Shown: positions 40,405 to 54,594, counted from the stretch's first letter. The stretch: DNA of 64,000 nt from Nitrospirales bacterium (GCA_965203295.1 CBDBCZ010000018.1:2208001-2272000); one strand, 5' to 3'. Numbers and translations: made by a program. Notes: generated by a model not told the origin, from the letters alone.

Positions 40405-43400
40405 AATAAAGCAAGGAAGTTTACTTCTACTCATGATGGCCGCCTGCAGAGTGAGCTAGTGAAGGAACTGATGGCCGGTGTTCTGGAGGAGGTGGCACCA
40501 AGGCTGCTGCTAACCTCTGTTCCTGAGACCATTGCCTTCCTCCTGGGAGGGCTGTCTACTGTGCCAGCTGTCGGGAGCTTTTCATTTCACATGGCAACTG
40601 CTGTCGTCATCATGTTACTGCTGCAGGTAGAGTGTGCTATATCCTCAGTGTACCCATTCTGAGTAATTATGTATAATGTCCATGCATAGAAACATATCAG
40701 CTAGTAGTACAAGTGTACGTTTATGATTTTTACATGGTGATTCAGCACCTGTAACATTTGCTGATGTGATAATTGTGTGTGGGCAGATGGATAACAGCTA
40801 TATAGCTAGTGATTCTTTCCCTTTGAGACACCGTTTTAACCTCAGTTTATGATACTCGTAATAATGTACTCAGCCAAGTTATGATCTGAGAATTAACAGG
40901 ATTCAGTTAACCTAAATTAAGAGCATAATTTTGTTTCACTGGTATGTATGTGTTTTGCTGAACCCTAAGTTTGTCCTATATCTTCCTGCAGCTCTCTGTG
41001 TTTGTCAGTGTCATGGCCCTGACTGCCAGGAGGGGAATGGTACGTGAATAGGCAGTTCAGTGGTACTAAGGAATGATCATCTCTGTTACGTACGTACGTC
41101 CTTGCACTGCGACGGAACAGAAGGCACTGGTCAGTGAATAGTGAGAACTTAAACCAAATCAGTCAACATGGGAGAGATAGTTTACAGCAAATACGCCTAC
41201 TAGGTCTGTACTAGGTCTCTTTTGTACAATCCTAATGAAGCCTGACAGATGGAAACGCCTGACATGAAACCTAGCTAGTGACCACAAATGTGAAAACAAA
41301 AGAGCAAAATGCTGAACAATAATTATGTACATAACTGGAATGTACTAGTAACTATTATGCACTGCCTGGCCTTAAGCAGTATCCTTAATGATACTAAATA
41401 TATCCTTTGCCTAGTTTCTGAATGGAATTTGGATAGACACGTGATCCTATAAGTAAGCATTATCTAACCACTACTAAGTAACACCACATGCACATGCACA
41501 TACGCACAGATGAGTTTGTTGTCAGAGAAGTTCACTCTTTCCGTGGGACAGAAGACGGCTCAGTGGTTCTGGGAGTGGTTTACCAAGCTGGTCCTGCATT
41601 TGCTAGTGCGGCCCCTTGTCCTGCTGTTCTTTGGGCTGACACTGACCTGCTCTCTGGCATGCCTTTGTAGGATAAGCATTGGTTTGGATCCAACGACTGC
41701 CTTCCCCAAGGTTAGTAACTGGTTGTCCACCATGCAGAGTATAATAAATTTTACTCAGTGAAGTCTGTAGTGTATAATAGCATTTTAGCACCACTTTAGC
41801 TGCCCCCTTCCCCCATTCCCCTCCCCAGGACTCCTATCTGGTACCCTACTTCTGCAGCATGAAGGAAAACCTTCATGATAGACCACCAGTCTACTTTGTG
41901 ATCAGGGAAGGCTACAACTGTATAACCAAAACAAGGTACTGGAGTTTCATGTGCACGACTATGTGTAACCCCTAACTATGTACGTATGAAATGGAGCAGT
42001 TATAGTATACTGGCTAGGGGAATGTAGAGCATTGTGGGATGGGCATGAGCAAGCTCTCTACCTCGTTCATTGTAGTATGGCATGTCGATGGTCTGTAGCT
42101 CCAGCCCTCACCCTCGTGTAGTTTGCTGGTGACCTGGAGACATGCCTGCTCTCCTCTGCTGGTGTCGACTTAAAGAGCTTAATTTTGTGGTGATCATGTG
42201 CATTTATGAATGCTATGGCAGCAGCATGGGTACATACATGTGTTATTACTGTGTGTGTTGCAGTTGCATGCCTTAGGATAGCTAAATGTACAGTGTAGCA
42301 GATGATTGCAAGTGTGTATTTTTCTTGATTTAGATCTGCTGTCTGTCTGGTTGTGAGACTGACTCCGTTTGGAACCAAATTATCAAAGCCTCACAGCTAC
42401 CACACTAGTGAGCACTCTTATATACATACGTATATAGTACAATCAAAGATGTGATAGAGCTGCAGATAACAGTCTCTTCAGAAACACAAGGCCAAGTAAC
42501 TTCTCACTTACGATCTGTGTTGAAACAGCATTTCCTTAATTTCCTATTTGTCAAAGTGTAATTATGGCATGAGGGTCGATTTATGTTAATCCGAAACTTG
42601 CTACAGCCGATATTTCTAACTGAATGTTGTGATACTGATTTGTGGAGGACTGTTATCAGTTCTCTTTCAGCGGGACCGAAATCTGTCTGCATCTCTCAAA
42701 CAGTCTTCACTTTTTCTAAATCAACTGGAATATTTATGGAGAATTTCAAATAGAATTCCTTCACAGTTATGTACTGTTCTAAAGAGAAATATGACAATGA
42801 GTGTACATATAAATTTCCTTCTGCTCCACCCTCTCTGTTACTAAGAAACCACCCTTGCTCCACTGGTACATCTAGCTTCCATTCTAATCAACTCTGGTAA
42901 TTTGTTCACACACCATACGCAGCACCCACATAGCTGAGCCCAGTGAACTGTGGCTGGATGCCTACCTGGAGTGGCTCTCCCCTGAGAGTGGCTGCTGTGG
43001 CTACCATAGCGACACTGGCACACCAAAACAGTGCTTCTCTCCAGGTAGTGGAGTAGGAATGTACGTGTTTCTTTTAGCTGCTTAAATGCATGAATTGATC
43101 ACAGCCATTTTACAGTAGTGTCTACACGTAAATACAAGTTGTTATGCAGTTGGTAATTGCATAACAAGAGGTGGTGCATTCTATGAATGCAAGAGTTATG
43201 CTTTTCCCAGGAGCTACTCACTTGTAACGGCCCTCTGTTGAGCTCCATACATAAGCTAAGAGATGGCGAATTTCACATCCTGTTTAGTAATTGTTGTAGT
43301 CTCTAACTCGCCCATTTTTTATGACGGACAGACAGCCGGTGACAGATCGACAGAGCCAATAGCTTAACCTGCTTTGCACAAGCATGTGCAGGGAAGCTGT

Positions 43401-46400
43401 AGTGGGGCTCTCGGCGTCAGTGTACTTCCTTTCTGCTCTTCAGGCAGTGGCTTGTGCAAGAGCTGCCTCCAGAGCACTAGACCCACTGCTGCTGAGTTTG
43501 AGGCCTACCTCAGCTGGTTCCTGCGTGAGGGAGACACCGGGTGTGGTGGGAATGGTGACTCTGCTGCTGCAGTGCGGCTGAATCCCGGCAGCCCCACTGT
43601 CAAAAGTATGATACTTCTTCCTTCAAATTCTGTTTCAGCTAGACTCTGTGTTCTCAATAATTTAGTTCCTCTCTTATTGCCAGTTCTTTTACACGTCTTC
43701 ATAATGTAAATGGCTCGTACACCATACTATTTTTTGTTTTATACACTGTAGGCACACTTGGCTTATGTTAATGTGCTACTGTTGATTGGTAGCGCTGTCA
43801 TATGACATCACACGTGCTTGTTCAGAAACGTGTATGTACTACGTACATATAACACCCACTCATCCACACACACATATGCCATATGCATGCACGTGCGCAA
43901 GATATACACACAGCCTTGTCCTCTGACCAACATTTTGTGCACCGTGTTTTACCATAATTATTATGTTGTACATGTATGCGTACATGTTATATGTAAGTGT
44001 ATTATGCATGCATCAAACATACATGTATGTGTGCACACGCATACTCTTCCATCATCGTATATAAAGGCGCATCACACTGCCCTGAGGGATTCTAGGGACT
44101 ACACTGCAGCTCCGAGACATGCAAAGGAACTGGGAGACAGTCTTTCAGCTGCTCTCAACCACACAGTGTTCCCCACCAGTGGCTTCTATGTCTACTATGA
44201 ACACTACCTGACTATAGTACCAGATATGGCTTTCAGCATTGGAGTCTCATTTGGTAGGTGCCCACAGATCAGTGAGTAGCAGCCGGCACACAATAACACT
44301 ATCCGCTTGTCAGTGTAGTAATTTGGTTAATTTCAATTAAGTTGTGTAGTACCATAACACAAGTTTCCATGACAGCTTTGAGCATACTAAAATATGTCTG
44401 GGTTTTGATACTTATGCATTTTCAGGTTTAGAAGGCAAGCTATATATTAAATAGTTGCGAGCATAATATGCGTTATCACATTCATTGCATTCTACGTGCT
44501 GAAAACAAACTCCCCGTCCCACTTCAGCCTACAGTATGCTATAGTTGTGTGGGTATCCAAATTGACGTATCAATGTTAATATTCTCTTTGAGTAGTAATT
44601 AAGGAACTTGTCAGTGCCTGACCCACTGTCGCATGCCCCCACTACGTGCTCCCGCGTTCTCAGGTGCAGTGTTTCTCGTGAGCTACCTGCTCCTCAGTCT
44701 GGACGTGTGGGCTGCTCTGCTGGCAGTGGTGGGCACCGCAATGATCCTGGTGCACACTCGCGGCAGCATGGCCTACCTGCACATTGAGCTTAACGCCGTG
44801 TCTGTGACCAACCTTGTCATGGTGAGGGCTTGGGACTGTGCGTTTTGCATCGAAATAGTCTGGTTGCCCTAATTATGAAACATGTGCTTATGTCCTTAGA
44901 GCTATGGTAAAATAGCCATGGAATTGAAGTACGTATATGTAGTCTGTCTCAATCTGTTTGCAATAATTCTTAGTCTAGCATTGATAGTAGATTGACTCAC
45001 TCTCTGAGTCTTAGAATTTTCCTGCTTCTACATGTATTAGGAACATTACATTGTAAATGTATTTTGTTTCCATTTTCAGATGGTTGGTATTTCCCTGGGA
45101 TTTTCCTCACATTTGGTCTGGCGGTTTCTCTCCTGCTCCCTTCCCACACGCTACTTGAGGGCTGTGTCAGTGCTGACTGATTTGGTAAGTGGGGACTTTA
45201 CGTTACAGTCAGCCATTGCTGCATGCCTAATAGTCATGTTTCATAACCCATTAATTGACTATCAACTGGCTGAGGTCAGCCGCTTATAGGCTAGCCAAAT
45301 TTCGGCTAGCTGATTAATTATTAATGCATGATAGTTTAGGAGGGTTTGTCTATGTTGCAATTCATAATTGCAAGAATGTTTTGAAATAGTAGTGTCATTT
45401 AAATTATGATGAGCATTTCCTGGTTGTGCAAATATACAGTGTATACATAGAACTGGCTAATGAGCTTGCATTTATAAGTTTACGTATGACATACTGTTTC
45501 AAAACATTCTTGTAACTAGAAGTCTCTAGCAGAGACATACCCCGCGCTCCTGGACCCTGCAGACTGGAAACAGCATAAGATCCATATACCGTGTTCATGT
45601 AACGCCATATACGAGCTGTAGGCGTGGCTGATTGCCGTAGTTTTGACATGGGCGTTTCTCTACGTATACTCCAGTATGCTTTTGTTGAATAAAAGACTCG
45701 TATACCATACTCGAGCGCTCGCGTATGTCCGTATTTAAGCTGTAGGCGTGACCAACTGCCGTATTAAAAAGGCATGACCAATTGCCGTATTAAAAAAATG
45801 ATGGAACACACCGATAATCAGAAAAAGCGTGGAAATGCCGGGAATAGAACCGCTTTCTACTTTATCAGGTACATATAAGCTAATGTACCACGGACTCGAG
45901 CGTTATCCACCAGTTTAGAAACTGTTGTAGCCTCTAAATCGCCCGTTAGAAGGGTTTTCCAAAAAATTTTATGACAGATGACGACGACGACAGACGGACA
46001 AAACCGATTGCTTAACCCCGCTTGCGCATACACAGCGCGGGGTAATTATTAATTGCAATTGTTCGGAAAGTGGAGTGATTGCCATGCAGCATCAGAACCA
46101 GAACAACAACCAGTGCATGTATAGTATGACAATCAACACTTGGTAGACTGACAATGATGTGTGGTTTATCCTGGCTTGCTTTCTCCTTCCATAGTTGGCT
46201 GGTGGTATTGCGATAACCTTTATCTTTGGTATTGCGATGACCAAGTTCTTGGCTGTGTTTACCCTTGTCTTTGCCGGTCCTCTGATCTTTGATGTCTACT
46301 ATTTTAGGATGTACATCAGTCTCCTTGTCTGGGCGACCCTGCATGGACTGCTCCTCCTGCCAGTGCTGCTCAGCTACATCGGTGAGTGAGGGGCAGCTAC

Positions 46401-47167
46401 AACCTGTGACACAGCAGGGCTTCATACGTTAAGATACTTTGCCTGGGGAAGACTTTTGGGATAGTAAACAGTTGTGTGCGAAACGAACGGTGCCCTAACT
46501 TAACTGCAGTACATACCCTGCGGAACTTGTTCATCCCGTTCTAGCTCTGTTCTGCATGCATGTGTATGCTGAATCGATGCATAGCGTAATAAATGTCACA
46601 AGTTATGCCTTACAACTTTCACTCCCTTGCTGCGGGCATCTTTGCAGCTGCTCTTGTTCCTTGTCACTAATTACTATGTCATAGTCTCCAAAACTGAGTT
46701 CTGCTGCACAATTACCACATATACGTATATATATATATATATAACAATGGGTATGTCCATCACACATGCAGTGGCTTCACGCTTTCTGCTTGAACTAGCT
46801 ACATATGAGGGGTTTGCACAGTCTGAGACTAGCTGCAGTTCATTCATTCATGCTTCCCTTTAGGTCCTACATCTCATCCAGTAATTATAAATTAATGGAT
46901 GTAGCATCAATAGGCATATGTAGGCAATGGGTGTGTCCATCCGGCATGCAGCGGCTTTACATTTTCTGCTTTCACTACATGTATGTAGGGTTTGCTAAGG
47001 ATCATCCAAAGTAGCTACAGTCCATTCATTCATGTTTCCCTTTAGGTCCTACATCTCATCCAGTAATTATGGATTTCAAGCCCTGTAGTGAAAGTGTGAA
47101 TCTCAAGAAGTCAAGAAGCATTCAAGAGAGGTGCCACACAATGACCATTTGGAGTAAATTGTCTTGA
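40405..47167 (+). pseudogene. NPC1: NPC1/NPC1L1-like sterol-sensing-domain (patched family) gene, 3' half, probably disabled
   Basis: Exons about 40405-40626 (EEVAPRLLLTSVPETIAFLLGGLSTVPAV, SSD), 40992-41039, 41510-41710 (ISIGLDPTTAFPK), 41829-41935 (DSYL..PPVYFV), 42334-42408, 42923-43045 (WLDAYLEWLSPESGCC), 43444-43604, ~44050-44254 (FYVYYEHYLTI), 44664-44821 (LNAVSVTNLVM), 45080-45184, 46195-46381 (YFRMY..HGLLLLPVLLSYIG), 47046-47167. Lesions: the 107-bp exon is out of phase with the next one, and the acceptor at ~44050 reads CAT rather than CAG. N-terminal exons not found. Paralog assignment within the family is uncertain. Confidence 0.85.
45513..46045 (+). mobile_element. Helentron/DINE-1-like non-autonomous element in an NPC1 intron
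   Basis: Subterminal ACCCCGCGC near the left end is inverted to GCGCGGGGT at the right end; GAC/GACA microsatellite; 3' stem-loop CCCCGC..GCGGGG; internal ~30-bp repeats. Confidence 0.6.
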
Positions 47168-47436
47168 GGCTGAGTAACCTGTTCTGTATTAGTTTATAAG
47201 TGAGTTGTGTAGCATTGCACCCCCTCTATGCAGTTGATAAAGAAGATACTATATTGGAAGTCGCTATCGAGTACGTTCTGAAGAACGGCTACACCCCTTG
47301 AGCAAGGACAGAAAGCGTACTGTGTACATGTATAACGTATCATTTTCTTTTTGTCATTGTTAATCCAACTTGTGTGTGTGTGTGGGGTGGGTCCAAATCA
47401 TGTATTGAGTTTATATTCAGGAAATTGTGCAATTTG

Positions 47437-47576
47437 AAGGGGGGTCCTTACATTTCAATGGTGGTCCGAAAATTTCAGTGCATTTCTGAAATATTAGTTC
47501 CAGGGGGTCCACATATTTCGAAATATTTGGACCGGGGGGAACAATTTTGGGGGGGTCCAAATTTATCATGACACTC
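47437..47576. mobile_element. DNA transposon end with GGGGGTCC/GGACC subterminal repeats (related pieces at ~14313-14420 and 26272-26390)
   Basis: Clustered GGGGGTCC motifs ending ..ATCATGACAC; superfamily not determined. Confidence 0.45.
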
Positions 47577-48189
47577 CCTGCAAATTGAATCCGTGTAGCT
47601 AGTAAAATTAAATGTACATTCATGAGAGTCTAGCACTTAGCTAGTAAGTGTGCGCACCTCTGGTCTTGTGACTCGGCCCTCTTCGGTCTTTTAGCTGCGG
47701 CTTTGTCTGCCTCTCATTGTTTTTTTTCTTCGTAGAGTAGTTCAACCCTCCCCTGAATGCTGTTGTAGTCAACAAACACACAGCCCCTTGCTAGGTTAAA
47801 AATTGGTGGTCTTATATACCTTCATATCCCAACAAACAGGACTGAGAGCTAGAACCTAAATTGTGCATCCACCCTTTGTGATGTGGTAGAATCATGGCCT
47901 AATTATGTCTCCTCTCTTGTATAGTTTGCATGTGTAAAGTGTAGGATCTAGAGATTCCGTGACTATTGGTGACAGCTAGTAGATTAATTGTTCACCTGAA
48001 CCCCACCCACAAACGTTTACATTTAGCTCCACCCACTTTTTGTGTATGTACAATCATGTATACAACCTATAGGATGTCTTCTGCGAGTGCTGCATCAAAT
48101 GTTGAGGTTGACGGATACATCACAGCCTTGATCAATGTTTTTGAGATAATCTTATGACCTGGTAGGCTTGTACTATTGATGTGAGGGTG

Positions 48190-48511
48190 GAGCTGCTCTG
48201 ATGAGGTGTGCTGATCACACCTCAGTCAGGTGCAGTGTGCACAGGTGTGCTCAACCCACCATAAGTGTAAAAGTGTGTTTAGCACACCTGTTTTCATAAT
48301 TGGTGTGCTCTGCACTCTTCCTTACAGCACACCTCTTAAAATTAGTGTGCTATGACCACTTGTAAAAACACAAGTGGTGTGCAGTACACACTGGATTACA
48401 ATGATAGTGTGCCCTGCACACTTCTCTTCACGGCACACCAGTGGTGTGCTGAGAAACTGGTGTGCTAGTACCACTCAAAGGTGTGCTACCGCCACCTCAT
48501 TTCTAAGAGTG
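48190..48511. mobile_element. CMC/EnSpm-like element end with GGTGTGCT/AGCACACC subterminal repeats
   Basis: Many GTGTGCT/AGCACAC motifs in both orientations ending at TTTCTAAGAGTG (reverse complement CACTCTTAGAAA). Confidence 0.55.
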
Positions 48512-50227
48512 TACCCAAGTCACTCATTCTCTCTCTCCAGAGTGCACACTCATGTTACAGAGGATTAAAAGAGTAAAGCAGTTGAAACGCGTGACAACAG
48601 TATTTGAAATAGGCATGCTAACGTTTTTACGGAATAGTCCACGCGCACGGACGGGGGGGGGGGGGCTCGCTCGCGCTCGTTTCAAGAGGGAAATTACTAC
48701 ATGTAGTAATACAAAAGAAATAATCACGCTCGTCCCAAAAAGAGTATATAGTATAAAAAAATAAATAAAAACTCGCCATAAAAGGAGTGATACAAAAAAA
48801 AATAGTAATTCACGCTCGCCCCAAAAGGAGTAATAAAATAATAATACAATAATTATCAGCAATAGCATGCAGGATAAACATTGTACAAAATCTGAAATAA
48901 GACTTCTACAATGTCATGCAAGTATATGCAGCACAAATGTGGCATACTCACTTGAAATAAAAAAAAGAACAGTTCAACGTGTGACGACAGCTTCATCACA
49001 TGTAAATAGTCACGAAGAGAAAGTCTCGTCCACTTGAATCTTGACTTCCTGCTTCTAAATCAATCTTTATACTGTTGTCCAAGGTATCTGCATTTGAAAT
49101 CACCACTGATGCACTCTCCGGTAGAGCTTGTAAATTTTCATTTGGGTGCTCGGATACTGTTGAGCTCCAGCCACTGCTTGTGATGTGTGTGAACTCACTA
49201 CCTGCACGGCAGTATAAACATTATACAATAGTCAACATGACATTGTAATCACCCTTGTAGATGCAGTTACAGAAACACTATAATAGAGCCAATAACGCCT
49301 CGGTACAAATCTGACTAGTACACTCTAATACGCATGCATAGCCTATTTGTAGAATCTGAATGCCAGAGCTCAGTATGTATAAAACAACTTATGCAGTATT
49401 AGCAGGATCGATGATTATTGTTTTTGAAAGCACTGACAGGCTCATGCAGTAACACTGTGACTTACTCTCTTCTTGTACAGCCTGGTACTTTTCTGACGTA
49501 ACTTTGCCTTCTGGCTTCCTACCCTGGGTGGTAAAACAGTGTATGAAGCCGGTGATGTTACGAAGAATAACATGAACACTTGGCCATCATTGTCTCTACC
49601 AAGTGAATCGGATCAGCTCAAGACTCTATTACAAGCTCTATATGCATGCCACATATCGCAGAGACCTAATGCACTAGCTGTCACCATAGTCACTGTTCAT
49701 TCCAGAGACTTTTATGCTTGCTTAACACAATGAGGTACATAAGCAGTAAATCCTTATTGGTCCTGCTCTCTATCTGTACATGACTGCAGCCATTCATGCC
49801 TCTACTCCTCTTTGAAATATCTTCAGAAACGTGTGGCCTAACCAGCAATAGAATTTGTGCAGATAGAGCCTAATTTTCGAACCATGAACCCAACAACTAT
49901 TGAACCAAGGGAACAAAACTTTCAACCACTGCTCAAACTACACAGATGTACTATTACTTTATCCAATCAATGAAATGTACAAAACCAATTTTATATGTAT
50001 TTTTAACTTTCCTTCAAAGCTGTGCAGTATTTTCAAAGGAAACACTGATCTTTATGGACTTATACTGAAAATAATGACAGTCTCGTGTCTTCAAGACGAC
50101 AAAGACTAGTTATCTACTTTTAATTCCCCCCCCCACAAACATACAATTTAAAAATTAGGTATGCATTACATAAAAATGTGCCAGAGACAGGACATAGCTA
50201 ACAGTTGCATTAATTACTGCTTATCTG

Positions 50228-51480
50228 TGATGGTAGGGAAATCGGAGAAAAGGCGATAATGTGTGGCAAAGCGGTGAGGTGGTGGAACGGTGAGATTAAG
50301 GAGAAGATTATGATAAGGAGACTGGTTTACAAGGAGATTAGTATTAGCAGGGAAGATAAATGGGGAGAGTGTTACAAACTATGTTCGGAAATCAAGGAAT
50401 TGGTATAGATAGTTGAAATGAAGTGATTGAAAAGGCTAATAAAGATTTTCATGAAAACAGGAAAGAGTTCTTGGGCATTTGTTGGCAGAATCTTCAAAGG
50501 GTATAAGGGTATATTGCTTATTTGAGGGTTCATGTGTAACCAGTACCAAGGGAGTATTATGTGAGCATTATTAAAGACTGTCTACAGCATCTGCAGATGT
50601 TCAGTTTGATGGTAGCTGGAAAGAGTATGTAGGGCAGAAAGTGACAGAATAATATATGTCTCGATTACGGAAGGTTAAGGTTTTGGACAGTGGAATTAGT
50701 TTTGCAGAAATTTAACTAAAACCTTAAAGAATAATAATGCAGGAGGTAATGATCGGCTTGTCATTAGTCTGTTGAAAGTCTAATCTGAAGTAGTTTGTAC
50801 AGTGGAGACTGTTCCAAAACAAAGAGGACAAGTGCTAATTTTTAGCTTGTATAAGAAAGGTGATACTGAGGGCCCGGGTAATTACAGAGGCATTACATTA
50901 TTGAATGTGGGAGGAAAATTGTTCTAAACAATCGCATAGTAATCACATTAGAATAAGAAAGAGCTCTTTATGAAGATTTAGAGAGAAAATGAGTCATGTT
51001 GATGGCATCTTTGCTCTCAATGAAATCATACCAGGTAGAATGAGGAACACTTAAGCTTTTTTTTTAAATGTTCAGAAGTACTTGACAGAGTTTACATGAT
51101 CACACAGAGTGCTGTATTACTGAAGAGAGAAATATCTGATATAGGTCAGGGGGTGGCACAGATTTGTAGTATGTCACCTATCTTATTTAACTCTATTAAT
51201 CAGTTGTTAGATGAGGTTGAGAAGGCTGTGATTGGATTTAATATTAAGAAGGATGTTCAGGTTGGGGGTCTAATGTTTGCCGATGATTTTGTAGGTTTAA
51301 CTCCTAATGCTGAGGACTTACAAACATTGATTAATGTAGTACAGGGGTTTTGTAATAAATGGAGGTTGAAATCTAACATAAAAAGAGTGTTATTACGGTA
51401 TTTTCTAAAGAGGTTGATACAGGCACATGTTCTTGTTCCGAAGTCTGGCTCCAGGTGGACCAAATTTAAAAGGATTAACT
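50228..51480 (+). mobile_element. Degenerate LINE (RTE-like reverse transcriptase)
   Basis: YKKGDTEGPGNYRGITLLN, GQGVAQICSMSPILF, GGLMFADDFVGL and FCNKWRLKSNIK motifs; multiple stops and deletions. Confidence 0.9.
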
Positions 51481-54400
51481 ACTTGATGTAGATGACCTGC
51501 TGCACGTTAGAGACTCGGGTAAATTACATAGCTGCAATCCAGCATGCAGGTATGGGGCTATTATAATATAGGTTCATCGCGCAAAACTGCCTGGCATACA
51601 CAGCGTGCTTGATGTCTACACAGAAGCTTAACATTTCAATGACAATGTTGATGCATTTTATATATTAGATGTCAAGATATATACAGTACATACTTTCCCC
51701 TATATTATACGGGCGCATACGTATGTATGTGTATCCCATAGCAGGGAGAGAGTTACGTGTACTTCATTACTCTACTTAGTGCTTACCGTTCGTGCGTGGC
51801 ATGTTTCATATAAAATAACCCTCTCTCAATGCAACCTTCATCATGCAAACATCAATGTACATATGATACATTGTATTTTCATGTAACCTACCATAGATAG
51901 CAGTAACATGAAGCTGTGATGGTTGAAGAATAGACAGCCCAAAATGCTCCAGTAAATCCTCTGAAATTTGTAATGAAGCTATACACTCCAGGGATGCTGT
52001 GGAGAATACTGTGGAGAAGCCCCAACTACAAAATTTGTGGGTAGGAAAGTGAAAGATTGCAATCTATCATTTCTGTAAAACATTCTTTGGTTAGGGCATA
52101 GGAAGACCATTCAATGGTACTTTTGAACTCCCAAATGCAATCTTATCACAAACTGCTACTCCGCTGTTCAGTTTTTAACTGCAATTCACATCCAAAGCAA
52201 TGTAGGGGCAGCCTGTGTACCCTATACTACACTGACCCTGAGTATTCACTGGCACTCACTAGAGAGCATCGGTGATTTTCATAGAGGCTCCGCTGCGAGC
52301 CTACAAGGCTTGGATCCAAGGAGAATGATGAACAGGGTCTAGGCAAAAAAGAGAGTGAACATCAGAGTGAGAAATTGTACGTGCATACTATATGAGGAAG
52401 GCTACTGTGCATTGCCAGGTTGACTGACAATAGCATGACAAGTGAGAATAGTTAGCTACGTGTATAATACAAGGTGCTACAAGTAAATGAATGGTTTGCA
52501 ATCTAATCTACTAAGTATGGGTCCTCGAGGACTGGTCGAACACTGCTAGGGAACGTGAAGCAGATGAGCTCTCCATTAGATTGATATTGATAGCAACTTT
52601 AAGTGAACTGAAACGTAGCCGTTTTAAAACTAACTCACTTTTCAGCTTATCAATTTAACTACAGTATGTATTTAATGGTGTTTGTAAATGTATTACTGTG
52701 AGTCTGCACATATCTTCTTACAAAATGGAGCATACACATACTATGCACATGCCCTACAATGATGCGGTTAATTCTATAGCTGCCCTGACAAAAAAATTAC
52801 CAGATTGAGAAAAAAGAAGTAAACAGGAATGTACTTACCTGATGATGATGATGATTACATAAATATGTATACATCTAACCAGTGCACTCCTGTTTAAACA
52901 CAGCTACTCAAGTGTTAATACCATGAATGTACATACCGGTATACGTACAACTCACTGACCAGATGAATATTATGGGTGTGCAGTGAATAAGCGCTAAGGG
53001 CGCTCACTCCTCCGGCCTCAAAAGCTTTGTAAACTATAGCCTGCAGGAAGAGGGACATGAAGATCTGTGAGACAGAAACCCAGCAACAGTACAGACATGC
53101 CTACATTCTGAAGTACAATTGTAGTTAACATAACAACAGATGAGACATTTTGGCACAGATGCAGTGTCCACTCCCTGCAGTCTCTGTTTCAGACAAAAAA
53201 AAACATGGAAGGGAGACTTGAATATAGAGGAACTGGAAGAGCATGTACGTACTTCCAAAACAGCTAGATGTTCAGATCATATTCAATCACACAGTCTTCA
53301 GAGCTGGATCGCTACCTTATGAAGGCAAAATAGCGGTGGCTACTAATGAAGGGCAGCGTCTATTTGCGGAAACACAGTATTGATATGCACAGTGAAATTA
53401 AGAGAAAAGAACGTAGGTGTTCCTGTAAACCCCAATGTTGAATGTCGTGAATTGGCTGATTAGGATACTTACTATTACACTGTTTAACTTTGCAGAATCC
53501 TTGAAGTAGAGGGTATATTACGTACGTATATGTATGCACATACAGTCTGAGTATGTGCCTACACATACAATGCAACAGTAGTTATGACGGTACATGTATA
53601 CAGATAATGCTATCATACTTTGACAATATATTATACCGGTATCATTGTATTTTCTATCATTTGAATGCAATGAATGGTGTGTTCCCATGTTAGGCATTGT
53701 AGTCGTTCCAGCGCTGGTGCTAGCCATGTTGGTTAGGCTGTGATTGGTTACCAGAGTGCTGCAGTGGGAGCTTTACAGTAGTACAGCTGGTAGCAATATC
53801 ACAGCTGCTGGCAAAGCTGACCAAAAATTTCCATAGTTCATGGTAGTTCTATCTGTACTTGTTGAGGGCTTGTGCTACCTGAGAAGGGCTTGGATCTGCG
53901 GAGTTAAAGCCAAGAGCTGGACTCAAATTGTAAGGTTTGTGATTTTAGTATGAGCAAAAGGTTACCGTTTATTTATCATCTGTACATATGATTAGCTAAG
54001 AACTGTGCTGTTATTAACTTAATAGTTGGTCGAAATGGTCTTTTTCCATCCCTCCATATGTTTTTCCTTTACTATAAGATTTATTGTGGTAAAAGTCTTT
54101 TTTCACCTGGGTATGCTGGCCGCAAAAAAAAATTGTACCCAATTTCTTTGGCCCATGCCAGCTCTAGTTTAGTCAGTTGATTTAGTATTGTGAGTCTGCA
54201 CCATGCACTCCACCTTCTGTCCATCTCCAGGCCGCAATTCTTCCCTTAGCTTGGTAAAGTACTCCCTCTCTTTCTCCACCTCTCCACACTAATCTTGCAG
54301 CCTTTGTGAATGTACAGTGAAATATGTAGAGTGATGTGTGATTGTATTGTAATCTGCTCCACATTCTCTATTATACTACGATACATAAATTTAAGTGCTA

Positions 54401-54594
54401 CTGGTTATTAATGGAGTTGTTGTAGGTGTTTATTATATAATTCTTGGGATAGACTAGTTTAGTGCATGTGCAATTAATGACAACTCATGATTATATCAAT
54501 CTTTCATGTGCTATGTATGTACATAGCAAGTGGTGGGGTTGAACCTTTACAAAGATTTGCAGTGGACAGCTTTATAATGTTAATGTCAAGAACA

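Noticed and set aside
51096..51491. RT ORF as a retron, DGR or group II intron RT
   Set aside because: Motifs and multiple decayed copies fit an ordinary eukaryotic LINE; no accessory genes or template/variable repeat pair.
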